Assembly: GCA_963676915.2 (NCBI GenBank)
Contig: CAXXVK010000008.1
Span: 1-30,235 of the forward strand
Source: Myxococcota bacterium
GTDB taxonomy: Bacteria; Myxococcota_A; SURF-8; G963663525
Direction of reading: 5' to 3'
DNA length: 30,235 nucleotides
In this document: positions 18,996 through 28,569 of the stretch, piece by piece
Numbering within the stretch: the first letter of the stretch is position 1
How the letters are laid out: every line of letters begins with the position of its first letter
The notes under the pieces: model-generated
What the model saw: only the letters and a program-made list of their open reading frames with translations
What the model was told of the DNA's origin: nothing
Databases searched by the model: none
Position numbers and translations under genes: made by a program

Positions 18996-19529
18996 ATGGC
19001 CACCGGGAAACGAACAAACTGGGCTGATTTGAACTACGAAGATAACGAAACTCTCGCGTATGCGATTTTACGTTGTGATCTTCCTGAAATTGCACGTCTG
19101 CTGGCTGGCGGAACGGTCAATCCCAACTGGATTTCCGAAAAGCACCGGATGCCTCACCTGAGTCTTGCTGCATATTCCGGGGATTTGTTGGCTGCCCAAA
19201 TGTTGGTCGAGCACGGCGCTTTGGTCAATATGGCGGCGGAAAACGGTTCCACGCCGTTGATGATCGCCGCGCAAAAACGCCATGGCCAGATCGTGAAATA
19301 TCTGCTTTCATGCGGAGCCAACGTCAACGATGTTTCCAAAAATGGCATGACGGCTTTGATGTGCGCCTCGAAAAAGGGCTATCAGGATGTTGTCGATCTA
19401 CTGCTTCATTCAGGGGCCGATTCCCACCTCAAAATGAAAGCCGGTTTCACGGCCAAGGATTTTGCTCGTGTCAACGGGCATTACCACTTGATTCAGCTTT
19501 TCGAGAGAACGCCCGGAAGTCGTAACTAA
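18996..19529 (+). CDS. Ankyrin repeat protein
   Basis: Ankyrin consensus repeats: HLSLAAYSGDLLAAQMLVEHGALVN, GSTPLMIAAQKRHGQIVKYLLSCGANVN, GMTALMCASKKGYQDVVDLLLHSGAD, GFTAKDFA. Confidence 0.92.
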   Translation: MATGKRTNWADLNYEDNETLAYAILRCDLPEIARLLAGGTVNPNWISEKHRMPHLSLAAYSGDLLAAQMLVEHGALVNMAAENGSTPLMIAAQKRHGQIVKYLLSCGANVNDVSKNGMTALMCASKKGYQDVVDLLLHSGADSHLKMKAGFTAKDFARVNGHYHLIQLFERTPGSRN

Positions 19530-19531
19530 CC

Positions 19532-19554
19532 TTAAGCATTAAGCATTAAGCATT
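19532..19554. repeat. Short tandem repeat (TTAAGCA)x3
   Basis: ttaagca ttaagca ttaagca tt directly after the ankyrin stop codon. Confidence 0.8.
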
Positions 19555-19598
19555 GGGGAGTTTCAGGGAAATTCCCTGAGAAAATAAAACTTCGATAT

Positions 19599-19634
19599 AA
19601 AAAACGCTGGAAATTCGTTTCCGGCGTTTTTTTT
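19599..19634 (+). terminator. Rho-independent terminator (potentially bidirectional) after ankyrin gene
   Basis: AAAAAA-CGCTGGAAA-TTCG-TTTCCGGCG-TTTTTTTT: stem with one G.U pair, UUCG loop and long U tract. Confidence 0.85.
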
Positions 19635-19784
19635 ATGGCTCGAACTCCGTTTGGGCTTATTGATTACCCGTAAAGATACGTGCTCTGATATTATTTCGAA
19701 TAAAAACATCCTTTTCGTCCTAAAAGCACACAAATTATATATAATACTTATACATGAAAGCATTTGGACGGTCGAGGAGATCCC

Positions 19785-21284
19785 ATGGCGGCGAATTCCC
19801 TTTTCAAGCAGCGAATCGTAACGAACTACAACCAAGCCACATACGGTTCGGAATCGGGGGAAACCATCGTGGCGCGAGCCTGTTGGTTGAGTTGGGTGTT
19901 TCCTAAGAAAATCATCCGAAGGGCGGTAACTTTGTTATTAGCGGCAGGTCTGGCGCTGAGTACAGGATGCGGCGATAATCAAAAAAATACAAGTAATTAC
20001 GGTAGGATCGGAGGGGTGGACACTGATGGAGTACCGATGAGGGATATTTCTTGTGACATTGAAGGTCAGCTAGCATGTAAAGATCCTATGTTTTATCCAA
20101 GTGAATATGAAAATGAATATGAAATCTGTACAAATGGCTACCTAAGGTACGGAGGAACATGTTCTGAGTATTGTTCAGCTAATTACGGTCCTGATAGTTA
20201 CTCGGAAGGTTGTTGGGGGAAAGATCCTGATAATTTTTGTAACTGTGTTCAAGTTTCTTGCGATACTGACCACTCTTTAAGCTGTGAAAGTAATTGGAAT
20301 TTTCGAAAGTGCGTCGATGGTGAGCTACAATCCGTTTCCTGTGAAGAGGAATGCCCGTTTTTTAAAGATGAGAGCTTTATAATTGGTTTGGCTAGGGCAT
20401 ATTGTGAACCTGGCGACAATTCTTGTACGTGTGATTATGATCATTTAAATTCTTATTCCATGAAATGCAGTACAAAAAGCACTCGTTGTGTAGATGACAC
20501 GATTTGGCTCGATTGTGTGGACGAAGAATACGTCCCGCTGGATTGCGATGATTATTGTTGGGAAACCTACGGCGAGAATTTTTTTGCCACGGGATGCGAT
20601 GACGAAGCCTACGAACATTGTCAGTGTGCTTACGGATCTGCCGATGGTGTTACCAGCGATTGTCAACCGGGAGAGATGTACTGCCCGGACGGAAAGCACC
20701 TAGCTACTTGCGAAAGCGAAGGTACCCAGAAAATCATCGACTGCAACGCTTATTGCCAGCAAGAATTTGGTGGAAGCTGGTTTTCCGAAAGAGGATGCGA
20801 AGCATATAAAGATCTTGAAAATCCATGCAGTTGCGTAGAAAGCGATGTTCGATTGTGCAACGTGGATCAAGGGGCAAGCTGCTACGATGATTCCACGATG
20901 CATTGTTACAATGGAATCCCCAAGGATGGCCTGATGTCATGTGATGCGATTTGTTATCAGGATCATGGACCGGGATATGCTCCACAACGCTGTGTATTAA
21001 CCTGCCAATGCAAGGCGGTGGAAACAACCTGCATCGAGGATCGGCACGCCCCTGGTGATACCTATTGTACGGATACAGGAGAGATCGTAGTTGCTCAAAG
21101 TATTGCCAGGCAAGTCGTATACTCTTGTTCCGAGTATTGCCCAATGAAATATGGGGAGGACTCCGAAGCTTTGGGTGTTTGTGACGCTCTCGCTTCGGAT
21201 AATCCTTGCAAGTGCACCCATACGAATCTTTTCGAGATGGACCCGATTCTCCCTCGTTCTCCCACTCTTTACAATGAAGAATGA
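19785..21284 (+). CDS. Cysteine-rich repeat lipoprotein (six ~60-aa repeats); start uncertain, possibly GTG ~19896
   Basis: KKIIRRAVTLLLAAGLALSTG-C lipoprotein signal, then repeats with C..C..C..CxxxC..C..CxC pattern; no CxxCH. Confidence 0.75.
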   Translation: MAANSLFKQRIVTNYNQATYGSESGETIVARACWLSWVFPKKIIRRAVTLLLAAGLALSTGCGDNQKNTSNYGRIGGVDTDGVPMRDISCDIEGQLACKDPMFYPSEYENEYEICTNGYLRYGGTCSEYCSANYGPDSYSEGCWGKDPDNFCNCVQVSCDTDHSLSCESNWNFRKCVDGELQSVSCEEECPFFKDESFIIGLARAYCEPGDNSCTCDYDHLNSYSMKCSTKSTRCVDDTIWLDCVDEEYVPLDCDDYCWETYGENFFATGCDDEAYEHCQCAYGSADGVTSDCQPGEMYCPDGKHLATCESEGTQKIIDCNAYCQQEFGGSWFSERGCEAYKDLENPCSCVESDVRLCNVDQGASCYDDSTMHCYNGIPKDGLMSCDAICYQDHGPGYAPQRCVLTCQCKAVETTCIEDRHAPGDTYCTDTGEIVVAQSIARQVVYSCSEYCPMKYGEDSEALGVCDALASDNPCKCTHTNLFEMDPILPRSPTLYNEE

Positions 21285-21302
21285 ATCAATAAATACAAGT
21301 GG

Positions 21303-21671
21303 TTAGGGACTCGTAACAGCTGATTTATTGGCGGAAGGGTCGGGGATGTAAACCACTTCGCCATTGGGGAGGCGATAGGCGACTCCCAGCCTTTTTCCAC
21401 TGCCGCCGACTTCCTCTTCCGTCATGCGCAGACGTTCAATTTTGACGCCTTTTTTCATGATGATTTCCATATTGGCTTTTCCCGGATTCTTCACGATGGC
21501 GAAATCGTCGGGAGAAGCGAGCAATTCGGGAACGCTTAACGCGGTGAACATCGCAAGAATCAGCGCTACGGCGAAAACCATGGCGACATCGAACAGATTG
21601 GCCACTGCGCCCAAGGGATCTTCCTCCGGTGCTCCCAGTAGATTTCGGTAGCGGCGCGGCGCATGGTTCAT
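21303..21671 (-). CDS. DUF2149 family membrane protein (HmuV-like)
   Basis: EEDPLGAVANLFDVAMVFAV...KNPG..MEII.KKG...GKRLGVAYRLPNGEVVYIP. Start moved to ATG 21671, which forms an ATGA overlap with the upstream stop. Confidence 0.88.
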   Translation of the reverse strand: MNHAPRRYRNLLGAPEEDPLGAVANLFDVAMVFAVALILAMFTALSVPELLASPDDFAIVKNPGKANMEIIMKKGVKIERLRMTEEEVGGSGKRLGVAYRLPNGEVVYIPDPSANKSAVTSP

Positions 21672-22264
21672 GATTGAGGTTCCTTCAACAGCGTATCGCA
21701 AAGGCTTTCGATATCCGCGATGTCACGTGCATACCAGTGCTGACGAAGCGTCAGCATGACATAGCACAGTAGACCCACGAATAAACCCACTACCGTAGTG
21801 CTGAAGGCAATCACGAGATCGTTGGACATCACCGTCAGATTGCCTTTCGAAATGTTCATCAATGCCGGTCCCATCGGGATCAACGTCCCCATCAGTCCCA
21901 ACACCGGTCCAAGCCGTAACCCGATTCGCACCGGTAAAATTCGGCGGGCTGCACCGAATTCCGCTTCCTGAAGGAGTCGTTGCAATCGTGCTTCCTCAAA
22001 AGGGGGGGCGGTTTTTGCGATATTCGTCACGAATCTCCCCACGAGCGGCATGAGAACGGAGGAAGAGGGCAGGTTGGCTTTTTCCAGACTGAGCGACAAC
22101 GCTTCAGTGTGGCGGGACGCATTCCTTTTGCGTTCAAGCACTTCCCGTAAAAAACCACCGAATTCGTACAACGCCCAGATCAATGCCAGCAACACTCCGA
22201 CAATAACAGGCATTTTGAGCGATACCGTAATCGCGTAAAGAATTTCAACCGCTTGTTCGATCAT
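21668..22264 (-). CDS. MotA/TolQ/ExbB proton channel family protein (HmuU-like)
   Basis: RLGPVLGLMGTLIPMGPAL...LVIAFSTTVVGL...WYARD; translationally coupled to both neighbours. Confidence 0.9.
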   Translation of the reverse strand: MIEQAVEILYAITVSLKMPVIVGVLLALIWALYEFGGFLREVLERKRNASRHTEALSLSLEKANLPSSSVLMPLVGRFVTNIAKTAPPFEEARLQRLLQEAEFGAARRILPVRIGLRLGPVLGLMGTLIPMGPALMNISKGNLTVMSNDLVIAFSTTVVGLFVGLLCYVMLTLRQHWYARDIADIESLCDTLLKEPQS

Positions 22265-25200
22265 CGTTGTTTTCGTCCCGTAATGCGACGGCCACGCAGG
22301 TTGTAACCCGCCAGGATGATCAGCAAAGCCAGTCCGACGAGCAGCGGGGCCAGGTACGACGTTTTTTCGACGGCCTCAGTTTGCTGCTTTGGCTCCTGTT
22401 TGGCAAGTCGTTTTCCTTGTACCGGTTCTTGGGAGCTGTCCTCGGTTTCGGTGGGTGTGTCTTTCAGTTCCGCCGATTTGGCCTGATACGCTTCCAGCAA
22501 GGCTTTTGCTTCGGGGGTGTTTGCATCTTTTAGCGTTTTTTCGACGAACTGTTGCAAACCCTCGTTACCGCCTTCACGCGCTCCGCTTGCACGACCATGG
22601 CGAGCAACAGACTCGGCGTAAGCAGTGGTTACATCCAGTCGCGTGGCGTCGTCGGCGGGCCAGAACCCTTTCCGCATCGTTTCTAGCAGCGTAACGGAAA
22701 GCTTTTGGAAAGCATAGGGGTTGGTGGTGTCGTACCATTTTTTCAGCCCCAGATTTTTCACGTCGCGTACGTAGATATCCGTAACTTCCTGCCAGTTCGA
22801 ATCCGCAATGGCGCGCCGTCGGGTGATTTCCCAGCCCATCAGGTTATCGACGTTCTGAGCCATGATGTTTCCACCGGCATAACCTTCTTTCATCATGGCT
22901 TCGATCCACTTCGGATTGGTTACACGAATACGCATGTCCTGTTGTACGGCGTCTTTGGAATCGATGATCCGGGCCTCATCGGTGTCGCGAACATCCACGA
23001 AAAGGTATTCAGGCTCTTTACCGGTAAGATGTTCGATGGCCATGGACAATGTCCCATCGACCCACCATGTGAACTTATTGGACAGCACGAAATCCCGGTT
23101 GTCGTACCAACTTCGGAAAATGTGATCCGTTCCTATAATTGCCTCATCAAAACTCTCCGGGGAACGCTCGCCCCAGGCGCCTTCGGTATAAATGTATTTG
23201 CTCTGTTCGAGATAAACTTCCAACAGATCTTCACGGGTTTCCCATTCGCCCGAACGTTCGGTCAGGTAAAAGAACCAGTTGTGGCTATCGAGAATTTCCT
23301 CGGGTTTCGCTCCGAACATCCGTCCCATAGATAATGCGCGTGCCTTCTCGGGTGAAAAGCCCTTGTTTTCCAAGCTGTTGCGTGTTTTTTCGCTGTTGCG
23401 GAACACGAAGTTGTTTTTCTCATCGAGTGTCGCCGCGAGTCGTATGGCTTTGTCGAGTAATTTCATCATCGAGGGCAACTCGTCGCGGTAAATGCTGCGA
23501 GCCGACAAGAAGACATCGATACGCGGGCGGTCCAGTTCGTTGGCGGGGATCAACTCCACGTCACGAACGCGGTTTTTTGTGTCCCACACAGGACGAACGC
23601 CCATCAGGTAGAGAATCTGGGACTCGATGATGCCGTAATCGCTATAGGTGGTGAACGGCACCAGACTGAACGCGATTTTCTCGGGATAACGTCCCTTGTT
23701 TTTGTAATGTTCCGCAAGGTAATCGCGCATCAGTTTCGTTCCCAACTCCCAAGAAGAGCGGGATGGTAATTCTTCCGGGTTGAGCAGGAACATGTTGCGT
23801 CCGGTGGGTAGAACCCCAGGGTTGCGCTCCGGGTTTCCCGAAGGTCCGGGTAAAATGTACTTTCCATCCAACGCATCGAAAACTTTCGTGATTTCGTCGG
23901 ATGTGCGCTCCATGCCCCGTTGCATTTCGACCACCATATTCAGGCTTTCGGTCACGGCTTCCGGCAGATTGGCATCGGCTGTTTTTCCTCCGGCTGCCTG
24001 GATCGCTTCCAGCGGAGAAAGATTCTGGAGGAACATCGAGCGCAGGATGTCTTCGCTTTTTTGCTTGAGTTCGCGAAGCTGAACGGGATTTTTCGGGTCC
24101 AGTCCGAGCAGCGGTCCGGCGGATTTGTAAAACCGTTTCCCCATGCAATGCACAAGGTAGGGAATGCGCAAATCGTCGGCGGGTGGCTCTCCCAGGATAT
24201 GCATGCTTGCAGGGACGTATTCGTTGCTAAGGTCATGTAAATATTGAGAAACTTTGTCGATAGCCTCGACTTTCAACATACCGTTCGGAGGGATTTCCAA
24301 GGAAAGATCACGGTCGAGATTGTTGGCTTTGACCTGTTCGGTGATGGAGGTGGCGAACTTGCTTTTCAAGGCACCTTCTTCGAGTGCTTCGTATTTATTG
24401 ATAGCGGATTCCAGGTTCATCAACTCGTCCGACAATCCGGCTTCCATCAAAGGGGGAGGCATGAAGTCGATGGTCACAGCCCGCGCACGTCGCTTACAGG
24501 GCAGAAGTTCGGCTGTGTTGCTGGCCAGCCAAGGATTCACGTTGGGCATATTCCCAAGCAACATGTCGCTCCAGTCTGCTCGGGATAGAACCGCCTGCTT
24601 GCCGGGATACAGCCATTCGGAACCGTGCGATCCGAAATGGACCACCGCGTCGGCATGGAACGATTCCTGTAGCCAAAAATAGGTTGCAAGAAAATGGTGG
24701 GTTGGCGGGAGCAGGCTTTCATCAGGGTCTTGTTCTTTGGTGGAAGAGGTAATCGTTTCACCTTTGGGAGGCTGAGTCATCAGGATCACGTTACCCAAAT
24801 CGATTTTCGGCAGCACCAGGAAACGTTTTCCTTTGTTTTCCCAGACCATCAGTTTTCCGGGTGGTTCTCCCCACTGTTCGATCATTTCGCTTCGCCGCTC
24901 TTGTGGAACTTTTTCCTCGAACCACAACCGGTAGCGATCTTCCGGCACCAACACGGCTTTTCCACTACGAGCCAGTTTGTCCAGCGGTCCCGGTTCCCAG
25001 GTTCCCATCTGGCGTCCGTGGTCCACGATCCAACTCAGCAACTCCTCTGAATTGGTGGGTAATTTGTCGATATTGTAGCCTTTGGCCTTCATTTCATTGA
25101 GAAATCGGACCATGCTTTCCGGCGCGTTGAGGCTGTGGGCCGGACCGCTCATCAGACCGGATTTGTCCACCTGCCGGTCATAAATCATGAGGGCGATTTT

Positions 25201-26286
25201 TTTGTCCTGATTCGCGGTATCTTGAAGGTTGATCCATGCTTTGGCCCGGTTTGCAATACGTCGGATACGATTGGGAATCGGAACGATTTCCTCTCCGCTG
25301 TCACCACCGTGCTCGGTGCCTCCGGCGGTTAGACATTCGGTTGCCCCTTTAAGTTCCGCCGATACCAGCAAATGGAACATACCTGACTTTTTCATGCCGG
25401 GTTGGTTGCTTTTGCGCCATTCCGCGATGGATTCATTCGTGAACCAAATAGCATGGAAGCGCGGGACGCCAAGTTCATCCCAGAACGCAGGAGGTTCCCT
25501 CGTGTGGGAATTCATGATGACGAGATCCGGCTTGAATTCCATCAGGTTTTCTCGGAAGCTGGGATCATCGGCCGTGAAACTGACCGCAGCCATCCCAAGT
25601 TTCTCCAATTCTCGAATCAGCGCTTCAACGACTTTCGGTTGATGGAACAAAAGATGATGCCGCCAGGTTCCCAAGGCGACACGAGGACTTTTCTCTCGAT
25701 TCCAACCGGCTTTTTCCGCTCGTTGCCAGTAAGTGTCCAGGTCGTCCAAGTCGCCGTAATCCGGATGGAAAATCTTGACGAGCTTACCCGTTCCGGGAGG
25801 ATCGACGCTTCCAGGTCGTCCGAAATAATGAATCATGGCGTAGAGCAGCATGTTTTTCATCGATTCTTTGGACAGACCATAGTAGCGGGCGAGGGTTTCA
25901 TCGATGTTTACTTTGTCTTTTCCAACCCATTTCTGCCAATTCCGGCAGATTGGCACCGGTCCGACACAAAAGATTTTTTGTTGCGGATTTTTCGTCAATG
26001 ACGCGGAAAGAACCTTTTTGTATTCTTTTTCCAGATCGCCACTGGCAAAGGAAACGAAGATCAGGTCTTTGTCTGAGAGGTCAAGTGGTGGGGTCTGGCG
26101 GAAGCGCTCACCCCGAAAATGCTCCAGCGAAAGATTCAATTCCTTCTCGTAAGCTTTCAGGGTTTCGAAAGCTCCACCACCCATTCCAACGACACCGAAA
26201 CGCAGAAGTTCGGGGTCCGCTGTTTCAGAATGAGCCGCCACGGGGAAAATCAGCATCAACAAGAACAAAAGAACGTGGAATTTCAT
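22261..26286 (-). CDS. cobN: CobN/magnesium-chelatase H family protein (HmuS/BtuS-like) with signal peptide and C-terminal membrane anchor
   Basis: WGEPPG, PPTHHFLATYFWL, ADAVVHFGSHG...PGK, KRRARAV, VLPTGRN, RPRIDV, NPKWIEAMMKEGYAG, NLMGW, NPYA. N-terminal MKFHVLLFLLMLIFPVAAHS; C-terminal TM followed by a basic tail. Confidence 0.9.
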   Translation of the reverse strand: MKFHVLLFLLMLIFPVAAHSETADPELLRFGVVGMGGGAFETLKAYEKELNLSLEHFRGERFRQTPPLDLSDKDLIFVSFASGDLEKEYKKVLSASLTKNPQQKIFCVGPVPICRNWQKWVGKDKVNIDETLARYYGLSKESMKNMLLYAMIHYFGRPGSVDPPGTGKLVKIFHPDYGDLDDLDTYWQRAEKAGWNREKSPRVALGTWRHHLLFHQPKVVEALIRELEKLGMAAVSFTADDPSFRENLMEFKPDLVIMNSHTREPPAFWDELGVPRFHAIWFTNESIAEWRKSNQPGMKKSGMFHLLVSAELKGATECLTAGGTEHGGDSGEEIVPIPNRIRRIANRAKAWINLQDTANQDKKIALMIYDRQVDKSGLMSGPAHSLNAPESMVRFLNEMKAKGYNIDKLPTNSEELLSWIVDHGRQMGTWEPGPLDKLARSGKAVLVPEDRYRLWFEEKVPQERRSEMIEQWGEPPGKLMVWENKGKRFLVLPKIDLGNVILMTQPPKGETITSSTKEQDPDESLLPPTHHFLATYFWLQESFHADAVVHFGSHGSEWLYPGKQAVLSRADWSDMLLGNMPNVNPWLASNTAELLPCKRRARAVTIDFMPPPLMEAGLSDELMNLESAINKYEALEEGALKSKFATSITEQVKANNLDRDLSLEIPPNGMLKVEAIDKVSQYLHDLSNEYVPASMHILGEPPADDLRIPYLVHCMGKRFYKSAGPLLGLDPKNPVQLRELKQKSEDILRSMFLQNLSPLEAIQAAGGKTADANLPEAVTESLNMVVEMQRGMERTSDEITKVFDALDGKYILPGPSGNPERNPGVLPTGRNMFLLNPEELPSRSSWELGTKLMRDYLAEHYKNKGRYPEKIAFSLVPFTTYSDYGIIESQILYLMGVRPVWDTKNRVRDVELIPANELDRPRIDVFLSARSIYRDELPSMMKLLDKAIRLAATLDEKNNFVFRNSEKTRNSLENKGFSPEKARALSMGRMFGAKPEEILDSHNWFFYLTERSGEWETREDLLEVYLEQSKYIYTEGAWGERSPESFDEAIIGTDHIFRSWYDNRDFVLSNKFTWWVDGTLSMAIEHLTGKEPEYLFVDVRDTDEARIIDSKDAVQQDMRIRVTNPKWIEAMMKEGYAGGNIMAQNVDNLMGWEITRRRAIADSNWQEVTDIYVRDVKNLGLKKWYDTTNPYAFQKLSVTLLETMRKGFWPADDATRLDVTTAYAESVARHGRASGAREGGNEGLQQFVEKTLKDANTPEAKALLEAYQAKSAELKDTPTETEDSSQEPVQGKRLAKQEPKQQTEAVEKTSYLAPLLVGLALLIILAGYNLRGRRITGRKQR

Positions 26287-26364
26287 AAGACCCCGATTTC
26301 GTTGTATTTACCTCACTGCCCGCATAGCGAACAGTGAGGTTTGTATTTGGCTTGGTACCTATTG

Positions 26365-28569
26365 CTAGAATTCCATGGTGACGGAACCGCTAATCAACAG
26401 GCCTGGTGCTTCTGATGTTTCGCTAGGTACACTATACACATCGTATTTTTCGTCAAGCAGGTTTTCGAAGGCCAGAGACCAACGAACCTGTTCGACGATT
26501 TGTCCCGAGAGGGTAAGGTCCAACATAATGTATCCTTTCAGCCGGGAATCTTCCGAGTTGGCGAGGTCCGTATAACGCTCTCCTTCGTAGCGGGTGGAAA
26601 AGTCGGCTGTGATCCATTGCAGATATTGGAAAACCACACCCAGGCGTGCCCGATGCATCGGTTCGAAAGGTATCATCTTTCCTTCGTTGGAATCGTCTAC
26701 ATCATCCTCAAGGATCGTGGAATTATTGAAGGTATATCCTCCGTAAATGGACAACATCGAATTGATGTCGAAATGCAATTCAGCATCGATACCCATAATC
26801 TGGATTTGAGTGATATTGGCCATCTGGGTTTGAGTACCAGCATCGTTGAGCGGTCGAGAGCTGATGAAGTTTTCTCCCAACGTGTAATAGCCTGTAATTC
26901 GGCTATACAGGTTTTTCAGGTACCATTGGTCCCAACCGATCTCGGCAGACCAGGCGCTTTCCGGCTCGAGGTCAGGATTACCGAACAACTGTGTCGGACC
27001 GCGTGTAAAGACCGTGTACAGTTCGAACAAAGTCGGAGCGGCAAACGAACGTCCCGCCGAAGCGCGCAGCGTGGTCCATTTATCGTAACGATAGACGAAG
27101 GCAAGCTTGGGATTGATCGCAACCCAGGAGCGATCCTGATACGTATTGTCTACCGGATCGAAAGCACCGGGGGCGGTATCGACGCTTTTGCCATCGCCGC
27201 TACGGATGTAGTCGAGACGAAAACCGGGTGTCAGCATAAATTTATGCTTGTTGGTTTTGAATGTCATTTCGTCCTGGGCAAAAATCGAACTCAGCAGTTG
27301 ATTGCCTTTGGCATTGGCTTCACGATCGGAATTGAAATACACGTTGTGCTTGTCCATGGTGAAATACGACGAGTCGACACCCACCGTGATTTGGTTGAAG
27401 TCGGCAACTTTGAAGTCCGTCTGGAAAACCTGGCCATATTTCACGGAATCGCTGAACTCGGTGTGATCGAGCGTAGCGTAATCGGGTCGGGCACCTAATA
27501 CGACGTTACGTTCGACTTTTTGAACGAAGGCGGCGGCGCTGAGGCTTGCATCGTCCGCCATTTCTCGCTCATACGACAGCCGAAAAGCTGTGGTGGCGTT
27601 TTTCTGGTCGGTGTTTTTCAGTCCACGGCTGTAATCTTCGTTCACATAGTTCATTCCCAGTGTGACTTGGGATTTGTCATCCGGTTTGACGTACAGTGCG
27701 CCGCTCAGGCTGACGTCCGTCCGTTCGTTTTTTACGTGGTAATCTTGCTTTGGAGTGGCCTGGACGTAGCCGTCGGAGTGGTACAGGTGACCTCCGACGG
27801 AGTATCCAACCTTGTCGAACATGCCCCGCTGCAACAGAGAAGCCGAGTAGGTGTTGAGACTGCCATAGCCACCTTTCAATACGGTTTCACTCGGTTTTTC
27901 CGGTTTCTTGGTCAGGATGTTGATGACACCGCCCATAGCGCCGGAGCCGTACAGCGCCGACATCGGTCCACGTACGATTTCGATACGTTCGACAGCCTCT
28001 TTCGGAATCATCGACCAGTTGACCGCGCCGTTGACTTCGTTCATCGGTATGCCGTCTACGAGAATCAACGTTCGTTTCTGTTCGGAAATGCCGCGCAGGG
28101 TGATTTCACGACCGGGACCACATTCGGCAATGTGCGTCCGTTTGTAGGAAACGCTTGGCACGCGCACCAGAAATTCATCCAGCGTTTTGGCCGGTGCATT
28201 GATGATTTCTTCTTTCTCGATGACGGTCACCATGGCGGCGGCGTCTTTCCAGGAGGAAGCCCGGCGGTTCGCCGTAACAACGATTTCCTCGGCGGGGATT
28301 TCCTCGGAAGCGGCAGGTTCTTCCTGGGAAACGTAAGACATTTCCAAGGGAATGGGTTCCATTTGCTCCACGGATTGGGCAGGTTCTTGATCGGGTTCGC
28401 TGAGAGGTTGCGGGTCTTCCATGACAACTTCAGGTTCCGTTGGGGATTCCAACGGAACGTTGGGTGTTTCGGGTGCTGCTTCTTCCGCCTGTGCAAGGCC
28501 GGAAAACGTTCCAAAACAAAGAATGACAACGGCGAACATCAAAGAGATCCGTGAAACGTGTTTCGACAT
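26365..28569 (-). CDS. TonB-dependent outer membrane receptor (metal/tetrapyrrole class)
   Basis: Signal peptide, acidic/Pro linker, TonB box EIVVTA, plug motifs LILVDGIP and ERIEIVRGPMSALYGSGAMGGVINIL, GNPDLEPE, ENLLD, terminal Phe. Start ATG 28569 with CAGGAG RBS. Confidence 0.94.
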   Translation of the reverse strand: MSKHVSRISLMFAVVILCFGTFSGLAQAEEAAPETPNVPLESPTEPEVVMEDPQPLSEPDQEPAQSVEQMEPIPLEMSYVSQEEPAASEEIPAEEIVVTANRRASSWKDAAAMVTVIEKEEIINAPAKTLDEFLVRVPSVSYKRTHIAECGPGREITLRGISEQKRTLILVDGIPMNEVNGAVNWSMIPKEAVERIEIVRGPMSALYGSGAMGGVINILTKKPEKPSETVLKGGYGSLNTYSASLLQRGMFDKVGYSVGGHLYHSDGYVQATPKQDYHVKNERTDVSLSGALYVKPDDKSQVTLGMNYVNEDYSRGLKNTDQKNATTAFRLSYEREMADDASLSAAAFVQKVERNVVLGARPDYATLDHTEFSDSVKYGQVFQTDFKVADFNQITVGVDSSYFTMDKHNVYFNSDREANAKGNQLLSSIFAQDEMTFKTNKHKFMLTPGFRLDYIRSGDGKSVDTAPGAFDPVDNTYQDRSWVAINPKLAFVYRYDKWTTLRASAGRSFAAPTLFELYTVFTRGPTQLFGNPDLEPESAWSAEIGWDQWYLKNLYSRITGYYTLGENFISSRPLNDAGTQTQMANITQIQIMGIDAELHFDINSMLSIYGGYTFNNSTILEDDVDDSNEGKMIPFEPMHRARLGVVFQYLQWITADFSTRYEGERYTDLANSEDSRLKGYIMLDLTLSGQIVEQVRWSLAFENLLDEKYDVYSVPSETSEAPGLLISGSVTMEF

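Noticed and set aside
19785-21284. Cys-rich protein as another multiheme cytochrome or Fe-S protein
   Set aside because: No CxxCH or CxxCxxCxxxC motifs; mostly even Cys counts per repeat and a lipoprotein signal favour disulfides.
26500-28554. Plus-strand ORFs of 332 and 344 aa
   Set aside because: Antisense to the TonB-dependent receptor; explained by codon bias.
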